From positions 8,118,971-8,173,942 of the forward strand of contig NC_069001.1 of NCBI RefSeq assembly GCF_001194135.2: 54,972 nt of DNA. The letters are read 5' to 3'. Position numbers and translations under genes: made by a program. Numbering within the stretch: the first letter of the stretch is position 1; each line of letters begins with the position of its first letter. Below the pieces are notes generated by a model. That model did not search any database and was not told the origin of the DNA. It saw only the letters and a list, made by a program, of their open reading frames with translations. Positions 13,300 through 25,568 of the stretch are shown in pieces. Source of the DNA: Octopus bimaculoides (lineage: Eukaryota).

Positions 13300-13740
13300 T
13301 TTCAAATTTTGGCACAAAGCCAGCAGTTTTGGGGCAGAGGGTAAATCAATTACATCGACCTCAGTGCTCAGGTGGTACTTAGTTTATCAACCACCAAAAG
13401 GATGAAAGGCAAAGTTGATCTCAGTGGAATTTGAACACAGAAGAATGTGAAGACGGAACGAAATGCTTAGCAGCATTTCACCTAGCATGCTATTTTGCCA
13501 GCCTGCTGTCTTACTCTGTATATATGTATATTGTTTTCAAATTTTGGTACAAGGCTAACAATTTCAGGGGAATGGACAAAATTACATCAGCCTCAATGCT
13601 CAACTGGTACTTATTTTATCAACCCCAAAAGGATGAAAAGCAAATTTAACCTTGGCAGGATTTGAACTCAGAACATGAAGATGGACAAACTGTCGTTAAG
13701 CATTTCACCCAGCATGCTAACAATTCTGCCAGCTTGCTGT
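13300..13740 (-). mobile_element. Two tandem copies of SINE family C (13300-13506, 13533-13740)
   Basis: Both carry aaaaggatgaaag.caaa.tt...gaatttgaac.cagaa...gcatttcacc.agcatgcta, matching 28958-29188 but with a ttttgg(c/t)acaa.gc tail. Confidence 0.7.
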
Positions 13741-14289
13741 CCTAGTTTGCATATATTAAAATGAATGAATCATTATCATATAAATGATAAAATAACATAA
13801 ATCAAGAACAGAATCATTTCCTTGATAGGTTATTTATTATATAGATTTTACAGCGAAAATAATGTACATAAAATCCAGAATATACCATAATCATATTTAC
13901 ATATATGAATATGGTATATTGTTTATTACATATATGAATATGGTATATTGAAATACTTTTGCATGGTTTGTGCATTGATAACAGTTGCAATGATGGTTTA
14001 TCAGAAAATATTTTTCAGCAATTTACCAACAATGTCAAATGAATGGTCAGCATTTTCTTCCCACTTCTGGAAATATGTTACATGAAATATAAATGAGAAT
14101 TCTGAGTGAATGCTTCTATTAAAAAAAATTTGCATTGCTAAATTATCTCACCGATGAAGATATAGCTGTGAATGGCATCCCAACGATAGGCTGTGCCAGT
14201 CACATGATGAGGAATTTAATTTTGGGAAGTTGTTAACACATTGTTATATTTTCATAACTATGTAAATACATTTATGATCTTAACAGATA

Positions 14290-14508
14290 CAAGTGGGGTG
14301 CTGAAAAGTTCCTGGTTTTGGGTAAAAGAAAATACAGAAGGATCAGTTAATTATGATTTTATTCAACATATTCCTGTCTCAGATTCACTCACTTATTGCA
14401 GTGGTCCTTCAGTTTTTCTTAGCCCTGTAAAAGAACTTGGAAGGTTGGGCCTCCAACCATGCCTTTTTGTGATACCTTGAAAGCCAGGAACTTTCCAGCA
14501 CCCCCTCG
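14290..14508. mobile_element. mariner-type MITE (~220 bp)
   Basis: TA-flanked TIRs ggggtgctgaaaagttcctgg / ccaggaactttccagcacccc. Three copies in the window. Confidence 0.85.
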
Positions 14509-14704
14509 TATGTATATATATATATGCACACACATAAATATATATATGAAAAAAACTTGCTATGCTGATAGTTATTTTCGTAAAGAATACTTAGGTATGT
14601 AGTTTCACGATTTTTTTAAAGAAAATTATTTTCCAAGACAATTGTAGCGTGGAAGGTGTTTATAAGCCATTTAAAATAACACACAAAAATCGTTAGATTC
14701 AATA

Positions 14705-15649
14705 TCAATTATATGGCTTCTCTCCTGTATGTACATACTTGTGTCTCGTTAAGTTACCAGTGAGAGAGAATGATTTGCCACAGATATCACAGAGATATGG
14801 CTTCTCTCCTGTATGAGTACGTTTGTGTTTAATTACATGATGATTTTGAGTGAATGATTTGCCACAGATATCACAGTGATATGGCTTCTCTCCTGTATGA
14901 ATGCGAATGTGAGTAATTAATTCACTATTTCGAGAGAATGCTTTATCACAGATATCACAGTCATATGGTTTCTCTCCTGTGTGAATGCGTACATGAGAAG
15001 TTAATTCACCATTTCTAGAAAATGATTTACCACAAATATCACATTCATACGGCTTCTCTCGTGTATGAATATGTCTGTGTTTAGTTAAGTCACAATTTCC
15101 AGAGAAAGATTTACCACAGATATCACAACAATAAGGTTTTTCCCCTGTATGAATGCGTATATGAGCAGTTAAGTTACTACTTTCAGAAAACGATTTATCA
15201 CAGATATCACAGTGATATGGCCTTTCTCCAGTATGAATTCGTTTGTGTTTAGTTAAATTACAATTTTGTGAGAATGATTTACCACAGATATTACAGTGAT
15301 ATGGCTTCTCTCCTGTATGAATGCGTTTGTGTTTAGTTAAGACCCACATCTGAGAGAAGGATTTATCACAAATATTACAGTAATATGGTTTCTCTCCTGT
15401 ATGGATCCGTTTGTGTTTAGTCAAGACCCCACTTTGAGTGAAGGATTTACCACAAATGTCACAGTTATATGGCTTTTCTCCTGTGTGAATACGTTTGTGA
15501 GTAGTTAGGTTACCATTTTGAGAAAATGACTTTTTACAGATATCACAGTGGTATAATGTTTTTCCTATCTCTTTGAATGTCTCATCAGGAAAATCAATCG
15601 TTTTAGATTCTGTTTTATACTTCACCTTCTCATTTATTTCATTTGCCAT
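14705..15649 (-). CDS. ZNF-3: C2H2 zinc-finger protein, 10 fingers, 314 aa
   Basis: Intact ORF of 34 aa plus 10 x 28 aa. Acceptor ttatttcag at 16008-16009. Confidence 0.95.
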   Translation of the reverse strand: MANEINEKVKYKTESKTIDFPDETFKEIGKTLYHCDICKKSFSQNGNLTTHKRIHTGEKPYNCDICGKSFTQSGVLTKHKRIHTGEKPYYCNICDKSFSQMWVLTKHKRIHTGEKPYHCNICGKSFSQNCNLTKHKRIHTGERPYHCDICDKSFSESSNLTAHIRIHTGEKPYCCDICGKSFSGNCDLTKHRHIHTREKPYECDICGKSFSRNGELTSHVRIHTGEKPYDCDICDKAFSRNSELITHIRIHTGEKPYHCDICGKSFTQNHHVIKHKRTHTGEKPYLCDICGKSFSLTGNLTRHKYVHTGEKPYN

Positions 15650-16714
15650 AATTTTTCTTCTCTCACCACATTATACAGATGATATTCCCTTTTACTTATT
15701 TTATATTTTTTGTTCCTAAAAAATATTCTTACGGCTATGTTTCCATTGTCTATGATCCTTGTTCATACCTGAAGGTGTAAGTTTGTCCAAAGGATGTAAA
15801 ATCATCTTGTATATATTCCAGACAATGAAGCTGAAACACCTTGTAAATAATCTCACTTGAGAGGAAAATATTTCACAGTAACTCTACTCCTGATTTATAT
15901 AAGCAGGGTTATATCTCTTCTGCATAATCTCCCTTTTGTGTTCCAAAGATGATAAATATTGATAATGCATCTCAAAAGTGATTTTTATGCCAATGACATT
16001 TGAGATTCTGAAATAAAAGTGAAATAATAAAGATATAGAGAATACTTAAAAAGTAGGAATTTAATAGTAGAAACTTTACTACATTTCTATACTGACAGAC
16101 TTGAGAAAAACTGTTACAACTGAATTTTAGTTTTCTTAATTTACTAAAATTATATCAATCAAACTTGTGTGATATTTACGTATTCACAGACAGCATCTTC
16201 AGATTGAGCAAGATTATAAATGTCAAATAACAGAATGGTACATAATAATATTCTTTCCTCGAGATTTGTTATTATCCAGTCGTTGGCTGGCTCTAAAACA
16301 ATCCTCACTGAGCAGATAAACAATCAACGGTATTCCAGCCATGATCAACCATACTCCTTTCAGGCACTACACACCTCGGATTATATTATTCAATATACGC
16401 CTCGAATTCATGATGAGAGAGTCAAGTTTCACGGAAACTTGGTTGTATTTTCTAGCAAGTCTGAGCTCCCCGAGTAGTTTATTATTACTTTAAAATTAAC
16501 GTTTATGAAATGTTGTAGCTTCCTTATGTGCAGCTACTTAAGGGACACGTAGAGGTAAGGTGTGAAAGTGAAATATACTTCCCTAAAGAGGAAAATATTA
16601 TAAGTAAAAGGAGAGTATTGTTTGTAAAGAATTAAAAGTTTTGAATGGTACAACAATGCACTATAATACAAAAAAATGGACTATATACCTGTTGTAATTT
16701 AATTATCTATAGTC

Positions 16715-16750
16715 CGATGATATTTCGGAATACAATTCCTTCTTCAGATA
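16715..16750 (-). ncRNA. Minimal hammerhead-ribozyme-like motif (Penelope-type), probably degenerate
   Basis: Minus strand reads CTGAAGA-A-GGAAT-tgt-ATTCC-GAAA-TA-TC. Core and helix II are present, but helix I has only 2 bp. Confidence 0.3.
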
Positions 16751-17244
16751 TACTTAGATTGAGTCGTTGCAAACAGATTGCATGGAATGAAGTAAGCAAT
16801 ATAGACCTTCGAGTAATCATCGTACTTTGGATCTTTTCTGTTTAATTCACTGAGCCATTTTAAAAACAAAATCTACACAGATGTAGTTTTGATTGCTAAT
16901 TACGAAAAACCTCGTTCTTTTCATACCTATAGGTTTGATCAAATAAGTACCAGCCTAGTAATGATGTGACCTCGTGTCAATGTTTGAAATTTCGTTTATA
17001 TACTCAGGTAAAATTCGACCAAATGTTTACAGTCGACACAGCCTTTCGATCCATGGTTTTCAAAAATAACAGATCATAATTCCAGTTTGATAGTAGATCC
17101 TGTATGTAAACATCAACATGACGAGATACCTTTCGCCTAATGTTATTTACATGTTTCACTTTCGTTTAATTACTCTATCCTCGAACAGAAACATAATTCT
17201 GATTTACACAATTACAACCTTAAAGCAAATCTTCATCAACTTAC

Positions 17245-17460
17245 CGAGTTGAGATGTAAACAGTGAACTAGAACTAGTTTAGTGTTTTACCTTTTTACCA
17301 AACCATCTCCTCGCTAAATTGAGATTTTCAGAGGTTTTAACAACTTTACACTTTGATATCAAGGTTTAAAGAATTTCAGATTTATTTCTTGTCAGGATGA
17401 AACAGTAAAGCTGGTATTATATCTTCAGCCTCAGTTTCGCTGACGAAATAATATGTGTGT
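17245..17460 (-). promoter_or_regulatory. Putative non-coding exon 1 / TSS region of ZNF-3
   Basis: Donor GTAAGT at 17244-17239. Motifs gatgtaaaca and agcctcagtttcg (17427-17439). Confidence 0.6.
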
Positions 17461-17611
17461 ATATGTAAAATACTAATTATCTCAAACAGTGCCCCACGAC
17501 TGTTTTTTTTTGCATCAATTTCATGAAATACAATTTTTTCACGGACCAGGAGATCACGCAGAAAATAAAACACAATAACGTGCAAAATAGGCATATCTAA
17601 ACAAATGGGCT

Positions 17612-17962
17612 TCTCCCGATTTTGTTTCCTCATAACTTTCAGAAAAAATTATATTTATATTTATATTTTTTAATGAAATTTTCTACAAATACTTTTCAGA
17701 TGATGTAGAATACAATTATATCGGAATTTAATATGAAAAATAGAAAAAAAGGTGGACGCGCACAAATGTTTTCCACAATTTCAAGTTTCGTTTCATAGAT
17801 ATATAATGTTAGTGAGTATGTATGTGTGCGCGCCCACAAACTATTTTTTACACATTAAATTCCGATATAATCGTATTCTGCACCACCTGAAGCGTATATG
17901 TAGAAAATTTAATTAAAAAACATCCATTTTTCTGAAAATTATGAGGCAACAAAGTCGGGGAT
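17612..17962. mobile_element. Foldback (palindromic) MITE
   Basis: Arms at ~17612-17765 and ~17822-17962 are long imperfect inverted repeats (cctcataa..tcagaaaaa...tatatcggaatttaat...gcgcaca). A related end occurs at ~40770-40812. Confidence 0.75.
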
Positions 17963-18572
17963 GGGAGCACAATTCTGTAGGTATGCCGCATAATATATAA
18001 TATAATTATTGCTTATATAATTCAGTTCGCCACCTTACATTGCAATGTAATAATAGTAGAATTAAAGTGCAAAACATACAAGGTCTTAATTACTTGATAT
18101 TGAGATGGTACGTCTGTAACAAGAAGGGCCCCTCAAACCAAAGAAATTAAACTATTGAAATCAAATCCTCAATACCGAAAATGCTTGTATTTGTTTTGCC
18201 AGTGGTCAAAACAATACTGTAACAGTTAGGGACTTAACCTCATTTAGAGATACCCCAGCAGTAGTTTAAAGTTGAGTATGAAGTGAGCACTCCAACTAAA
18301 CGTGTCAAGATTCTTGGAAACTAGCTTAACTTGTCTACATTGGCTCCTGAGAAAGTCGCCTGATTAAACTAACAAAGCTTCTGTGGACTTGGTGTCACAT
18401 CATTCTACTTCCATCAATCAAGACAAATTGAAATATGCAGTTAGATTTTTAAAAAGATATATCCTGAGATATTACTATATTGACTAACTAGGTCATTAAT
18501 GTTGTTCTTTTAATATTGTACTTATGAGGTTGTGTGGGAGAATCTTTAAGGGCATGGGAGAGGAGAATATAA

Positions 18573-18790
18573 TGAGGGGGTGCTGAAAAGTTCCTGGCCT
18601 TGGGTAAAAGAAAACACAGGAGGATTAGTTGATTATGATGTGATTCAACATATTCCCCTTTCAGATTCACACATCTGTTGCAACACTCCTTCAGTTTTTC
18701 TAAGCCTTGTAAAAGAACTTGAAAGGTTGGACCTCCAACTAGGCCTTTTGTGATACCCTTAAAACCAAGAACTCTTTAGCACCCCCTCAT
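18573..18790. mobile_element. mariner-type MITE
   Basis: Same family as 14290-14508. Confidence 0.85.
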
Positions 18791-19199
18791 ATTTCATGTT
18801 ATAATGACAATAAAAATAGCTGAATCATCAAGAGATTCTGATAATTTTATAACTCCTAAGTTCTGGGTTCAAACCTCACAGGAGACATCTTTACCTTTCA
18901 CTCTACCAAGGTCAGTAAGTATCAGTCATGTACTGGGGTCGAATTAATATACTTAAAATGAAAGAAGCAGGCCTCACATTTTGACTGTACTCAGGACTAG
19001 AAAATATATTTCCTTAAGTTGGAATAATATAGTTCTTGCTTTACAGACTGGATTGTTATAGCTGCAACATCTTTTATAATACACATTCTCAATCAGGACT
19101 GCTAACTTGTTAAACAATATCAAAAACAACTCAGCCATGTCTCTTATATAGTTATGGTTTTTCATTTTGGTACAAGGCCTGAGATTAGTAATATAAAAA

Positions 19200-19700
19200 C
19201 CTACATTTCCAACACTAGTCTGAACAGCTCAAACTGATAAAAACAATTGTTTCACTCTCTCTAATTTTGGACGTGTAATTAAACGCTCAAGGTTTCCACA
19301 AATACTAGGCATCACATTATCTAATCTTTCTTGACAATTCCACACATAGCTAAAACTTTTATTTCAAAGTCAGACAATAGTGAACCTCTAAGTAGTTGCT
19401 GACCTTTTACTATGTTGAAATTAGACTTCCAATGAATAGTCTGCTGCACAAAAAACAAGAGTGCATCCAACTGGTTGGGAAATACTCAGCAACAACTACA
19501 ACAATTGGTTTACAGCTAAGCTGTCTTTTTATCTCTTCCTATTCTACCAATACTATATTGCCTCTGTTCTAATGATCACAATATATTACTGACACTTATT
19601 CCCCATACACACAATGAGAATGGAAGGCCAAGCTGATTCTGGTAGGACAATATTCTATAAAGTTTTTAATCATTCACAGCAAGAGATACCTAGTCAGACA
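19200..19700 (+). mobile_element. Possible degenerate CR1/L2-type LINE RT 3' fragment
   Basis: Hand-translated pieces KILGITLSNLS and LFLFYQYY resemble CR1/L2 RT C-terminal motifs. Many stops. Confidence 0.4.
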
Positions 19701-19889
19701 CAGATCAATGATATCATATCATATTGTAAAATTAGACATGTATGTCAGTAATACATCAGTGAATGTATTACTGTATTTATATATTTGGGTCCCATAGCCT
19801 ATATTTTGATTCATGATGTGCATCATAGTTGGTTTTGTATCGTCTATAAAAATTAAGATAGTTTTCTTTCATTAGTTGAGGTTTGTTTA

Positions 19890-21090
19890 AACATTAGCTT
19901 TGTTTTCTGTGGTAAATCTAATTTTTGCTTCCCTCCTTGCTAAATATACTAGGTATCTAACTTCTCTTTCAGTTGTTTGATATTATTCCTTGCTCCTCTC
20001 TTTCTTCCATTCTTTCCCAAGCCTGTCTTCACTTACTATAGCTTTGTCTATTATACAACGCCAACGCTATATCAGCTTCTGCTTGACCATCTATAGATTT
20101 GAGATTTGGTCAACGGCACACATCAGGATGTCATGTAAAAATTCCCAGCAGGTCTTTTTCTCCTTCTCATACACATTACTTATACTTCTCTGAATCGAGA
20201 TCTAGTTCTTACTCTAAATAAATCACTAGAATATGTTGAGTGATGTTCTTCATTGTAGAAGGTTTTAGTATCCACAAACATCCATCTAATTTTATGGTAA
20301 GGTGATCGGGGAATTGGCCAGTTTCCTCAAGTTAGTATTGCAAAACTTTAAGTCAACTGAACCATAGAACCCCAAGAAACTTAATCACTCTTGATTATAT
20401 TTCTATAGTCATAACCTCCTTGGTCATTGGGAGAGCCATCATGGTGTTGCTAAACATTTCCATTAAAGTTGCAAAGCATGATTATGTGGTTATTGTCATC
20501 TATTATTGTGCTGTCTATAAGAAAGCCTTCTAGGAAGGTTTTTTTCCTCTTGTTCATCTATCAGTTCTGACTGTGGTGCATATGTGAAAATTACTATTGC
20601 TTATGACTGGTCTAAACCCAATAACTCTGAATGCATCAATTACTTTATCTACCTGTCTCTCTCTACCAACAATATATCTATGCTACAGTGATGTTACCCA
20701 GCCAGAATAATATGCATCTGTGTTTCTTCCTAACAAGAAGATTGACTGAAATTCATCTCCACTTTACCTCTTGTGTCTAGCATACATCAACTCACCACAG
20801 CACAAGAATCTCTACAATATTTCCAGACTGACTCTTAATTGTGCCAAAACTGATGATGTCAACCCCTAAAAATTTGCTTCTGAAAAGAAGAAGGGAGATT
20901 CTGAGGGTGCTTGAGTTGTTTCATGTCTATTTTCTATCTCTGAAAGGAAGAGAGATGGTGCAACCTTTTGATAAGAGTTGAGGAAATTTCACACATTGCC
21001 AGATGTTCACACCAAGCCACCATCCACTTTGCATTTATACACAACCAACTAAAACATAAAGAATCATGCTTCAAAAAAAAAATTATATAA
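19890..21090 (-). mobile_element. Degenerate RTE-type LINE 5' part (AP endonuclease region)
   Basis: Broken-frame motifs GTIKSQSGNIVEIL, VDVC*TQEVKWR, a YAPQS-like block, a GDFNGHV-like block and a CNTNFRK-like block occur in RTE order. Confidence 0.75.
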
Positions 21091-21650
21091 AACTTAGCAA
21101 TAGCAGAGAATGATCTATCACAAATATTACATTGATATGGTTTCTCACCAGTATGAATGCGTTTGTGTTCGGTTACATCACCACTTTGAGAGAATGATTT
21201 GCCACAGATATCACAGGGATATGGTTTCTCTCCTGTATGAATTCGTATGTGTCTAGTTAAGTCGCTTGTTTTAGCAAATGATTTACTACAAATATTACAA
21301 AGATAAGGCTTTTCTCCAGTATGAATGCGTTTATGTATAGTCAATTGGCTACTTACAGACAAGGATTTACCACAGATATCACAGTGATATGGCTTCTCTC
21401 CTGTATGAATACGTTTGTGTTTGGTTAAGTCGCTATTTCCAGAGAATGATTTACCACAAAAATCACAGTGATATCGTTTTTCACCTGTATGAATACGTTT
21501 GTGAGAAGTGAGGTTACCTTTTTGAGAGAATGACTTTTTACAGATTATACAGTGGTATAATGTTTTTCCTATACCTTTCAGTCTCTCATCAGAAAAATCA
21601 ATCTTTTTAGACTCTACTTTAACCTCATTCTCATCTAAATCATTTTCCAT
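20934..21650 (-). CDS. ZNF-4: truncated C2H2 protein, 5 complete fingers plus a LINE-derived tail
   Basis: The paralog-equivalent ATG (MENDL) is at 21650; the track start at 21716 is a TTG. Finger 6 breaks at ~21092 and the frame runs ~50 codons into non-ZF sequence. Acceptor at 22011-22012. Confidence 0.8.
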   Translation of the reverse strand: MENDLDENEVKVESKKIDFSDERLKGIGKTLYHCIICKKSFSQKGNLTSHKRIHTGEKRYHCDFCGKSFSGNSDLTKHKRIHTGEKPYHCDICGKSLSVSSQLTIHKRIHTGEKPYLCNICSKSFAKTSDLTRHIRIHTGEKPYPCDICGKSFSQSGDVTEHKRIHTGEKPYQCNICDRSFSAIAKFYIIFFLKHDSLCFSWLCINAKWMVAWCEHLAMCEISSTLIKRLHHLSSFQR

Positions 21651-22774
21651 AATTTTTCTTTTCTCACCATAATATTTGACTACACTCGTTTCTGTTTTGT
21701 CTTTTATTCTTAACAAATATTTCTGTTGCTATATATTCCCATGTACTGTTATAAATTTGATGAATTATCATAAATTATAAGTTAAATGGAGAATACTAAA
21801 TCCTTTTGTACACATTCCAGACAATGAAATAGTGAAATTTTGCTATTAATTTCAGTTCATATGAAATATTTCACGGTAATTCTATGAGATTTATATAAAC
21901 AGGGTTATATCTGTTCTGTATAATATTTTCCTTTCGTTTCTGGAAGACATAAATATTATTGATGACGCACGTGATGTTGAAACTCTTTCATGCCAATGTC
22001 ATGGGATATTCTGAAACATGAGAGAAACAACACAAGATGTAGGCAATACTTGAAAAGAAGAGATTCAATAGAGGAAATTCTACAATTTTATAATGAGAAA
22101 ATATAGATGTAACCTTCAACTGAACAATCGAATTTCAGTTTTTAATCATTAAATTACATTATACAACCTTTAGTGGAGCTCATAATTTGCAGATTACAAA
22201 TAATCGTTGAAATTGTTTGAAATTCTGTTAAAAGACACAACAGTGGATACTAAATTTCTTCTCTTTTCAAAAACGTCATTTGTCACTGCTCTGATGCTGT
22301 TCTTGTACTTTAGCCCAATCTTGACTGAGTGGAACTACAACCAACGTCATTCTAGCCAAGACCATTTCTTCCATCTGTCAGACAGTGTATATCTATGAAT
22401 ATATTATTCTATATATATCTCCCTTTTCAAAACGGCAAAGCATAGATTAAAGGGAATATGGCAGCTATTTCTAGCAGATAAACAACTACATAGGTGGTTT
22501 GCTAGTGATTAGTTCTATGACAGCCCCGACTGAGCAAACCTATGATCAAAAGCTGGTTGTTTTTCAAAGGTACTACGAATATTATGACATCAAACAAAAA
22601 GAAACGTTGATGAATAAAGAAAAGACAAGTGAATGAAAAAGCATTAACAAAAAAAGTCTACAAATGGCAGTTGAATTGATAGAAAAATGCCTTCATCTTA
22701 TATAACCTTACAATTTCTTTACATGTAATCATTGTAGGCAGAAGTAATGCTAAAGGTATACCTGTCTGGTAAGA

Positions 22775-22966
22775 CAGTTGCTCCCTAACCACATGGTTCG
22801 AGGAGTAGTCCCACTGTGTGGCACTTTGGGCAAGAAACCGATAAAAAGTATCAGGCTTCAAAAATAAATAAGTACTAGAATCGATTCATTCGACAAAATG
22901 TTTTCTAAGGTGGTGCCCCAGTGTGGCCAAAGTCTAATGATTGAAACAAGTAAAAGATAAAAGATT
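22775..22966 (+). mobile_element. SINE family A with internal deletion
   Basis: The head (ccacatggttc..gtcccactgtgtggcactttgggcaag) is fused directly to the tail (gaaacaagtaaaagataaaagat). Confidence 0.65.
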
Positions 22967-23313
22967 TAACAATTCTATTTTCCTGCTCCAATAATGACAC
23001 AATTTCTTATATTTATTTACAATGCGAGTTATTCTTTGGGAATTACGAAGATTATAGACACACTTAAGACTATTTATATTATACATTTAAGACTTTACAT
23101 TCATAAAAAATGTTACGAGCCTAGACATTACAATATAACAAATAAACATTTGAGTTCGATCGTTTTATCTTACGCTTAAATCTCATTAGATGTCTCAGCA
23201 CAAGCATTGCTGTGTTTTCACTCCTATACAATTACTGTATCCTCGAATAGAGACCATGATTCTATAATTTACATCAATTATTTCGAGTTTGAAGCAAATT
23301 TTTGAAATCTTAC

Positions 23314-23510
23314 TGTTTTCGGATGTAAACAGTGAATCAATGTTTTTCGTTTTTTAACAGACAACGTATGAAGTGACTTCGTTGTTAGGAAAAGGGTTTT
23401 CATCATCAATGCTCACGCAGCTTCTTCTGTATTCCATTACAAATTTGCATCCTGTCAGGATGAAGCAGTGAAGCTGACTTTTTGTTATTGGCCACAGTTT
23501 CGATACGTAA
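23314..23510 (-). promoter_or_regulatory. Putative non-coding exon 1 / TSS region of ZNF-4
   Basis: Donor GTAAGA at 23313-23308. Motifs gatgtaaaca and ggccacagtttcga (23490-23503). The block tgtcaggatgaa.cagt.aagctg is shared with ZNF-3. Confidence 0.6.
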
Positions 23511-24191
23511 TATTTGCTTCATATTGGAGCATTACAATCACTCCGCGCGTGCGGTCGTATGTGTGAGAGAGAGAGAGAGAGTGTGTGTGTGTATGCACTC
23601 CTTGTTTCCCAACAAGGAAACATTCCTCATAGTTGAACTTTTTTTTCACGAGACTAAAGAGAAAAAAATGATAGTGACACTTATTTAGAACTATCACATA
23701 GTGTTAAGTCAAGAGGATACAACTATCTCCATGTGCCTATACACACATACGTATGTATGAATGTATGTACGTACGTAGGTGTGAGTGTGTGCTGTGCATA
23801 TATATACATATATATATATATANNNNNNNNNNNNNNNNNNNNNNNNNNNNNNNNNNNNNNNNNNNNNNNNNNNNNNNNNNNNNNNNNNNNNNNNNNNNNN
23901 NNNNNNNNNNNNNNNNNNNNNNNNNNNNNNNNNNNNNNNNNNNNNNNNNNNNNNNNNNNNNNNNNNNNNNNNNNNNNNNNNNNNNNNNNNNNNNNNNNNN
24001 NNNNNNNNNNNNNNNNNNNNNNNNNNNNNNNNNNNNNNNNNNNNNNNNNNNNNNNNNNNNNNNNNNNNNNNNNNNNNNNNNNNNNNNNNNNNNNNNNNNN
24101 NNNNNNNNNNNNNNNNNNNNNNNNNNNNNNNNNNNNNNNNNNNNNNNNNNNNNNNNNNNNNNNNNNNNNNNNNNNNNNNNNNNNNNNNNNN

Positions 24192-24282
24192 AACAACCAT
24201 TTTTCGCTGCTTCCCTTGTTGAAGACCCTTTGCAGAATTCATAAAGCATGCAGTGTTTGATCTGGGTCTGATCCAAACTCAT
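24192..24282 (-). mobile_element. mariner transposase N-terminal fragment beside a gap
   Basis: MSLDQTQIKHCMLYEFCKGSSTREAAKN resembles mariner paired-domain starts (IRhcmlYEF.KG....EA.KN). Confidence 0.65.
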
Positions 24283-24464
24283 TTTAACTCAGGTTAAAAA
24301 GCAATACATATTAAGCAACTATGGTATAAAAGTAACCAGCAAAGAAAGAAGAAAAAACACGAGAATGAAAATTAATGCTTATTTTACCATAAATATTGGA
24401 AAAGTAACCACAGTGATTATGTCTGATATGTGACTGGAATTTCTTTACCAACCCAATACATGTA

Positions 24465-25200
24465 CAGGGTTTGGACAAAATAATGGAAACACCTTAAAAT
24501 TTCAAACAAATTTATTTTAATATGGGGTAGGACCGCCTTTGGCAGTAAATACAGCTTGAATTCTATGAGGTATGGACTCATACAAAGTTTGAATCGTTTC
24601 CAAAGGAATTTTAATCCATTCTTCAGCTAAAACAGTCTCCAGTTCTTGTAGTGATGATGGTGGAGGATATCGATTCCTTACTTGTTTTTCTAAAATGCAC
24701 CATAAATATTCAATAATATTGAGATCTCAGGACTGTGGTGGCCAGATAAGATGTTCAACTTCACTAGAGTGTTCCTCATGCCAATCAGTAACAGCTTTAG
24801 TTGTGTGAATTGGTGCATTATCATCCTGAAAGATTATGTTGCCCTCCAGAAACAGTTCCACAACCATAGGATGAATTTGATCAGATAAAATGCTTAAAGA
24901 CTCGACTATTAATTCTGCCATGAAGGGAAACCATTGGGCCGGCGGATTTCCAAGATATAGCCTCCCAGATCATCACAGATCCTCCTCCACGTTTAACAGT
25001 TGGAAGAAGGCAGTCTGGGTCAAATGCTTCTTTTGGCTTTCTCCACACGTATACTCAGCCAGTGGTGGGAAATAAGGTAAAGGATGACTAGTCTGAGAAA
25101 ATAACATTCTTCCACTGTTCTAGGGACCAATTCTGTAGGTTTTTGCTCCACTCCAAATGCTTTGCAACGTTTGTTTTTTAAAAGTAGTGGTTTTCTGATT
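24465..25200 (-). mobile_element. Tc1-family (DD34E) transposon remnant with inactivated transposase
   Basis: Motifs VIFSD*SSF, TVKRGGGSVMIW, FQDDNAPIH and WPPQS*DLNIIE. TA|cagggtttggacaaaataatggaaacacc is a TIR-like end at 24465. Confidence 0.85.
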
Positions 25201-25568
25201 ACATTTCAGAAAATGTACTAGAAAAGCTCACAGATAACTTTGAAGGTAAACATACTCGTTAGATCCAAAAATAACAACTTTTCTACATCCTCTAAAAAGA
25301 TTCCTGAAGCTGTAGCACAGGCAATAAAATCCATGGAGTCAAATAGTATGACGGACGCAGTTGATGAATCAACTTGATTGGGTTAATAACCTGGTAGTTA
25401 TGAAGAAACAAGATATAAGACTACACAAATATATCGATGCAATAGATTTTAACAAATCTGTTACGTACACACTATTGTCCACCTACAACTGAGAAGGCGA
25501 CTGTCAAATTACTATTTGTTAAGTATTACACAGGCTTTTACCAAATAAATCTGTCCGAAGAGTGTAGT

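Noticed and set aside
21651-21716. N-terminal extension of ZNF-4 (MLRIKDK...) in the ORF track
   Set aside because: It starts at TTG. The paralog-conserved ATG is at 21650.
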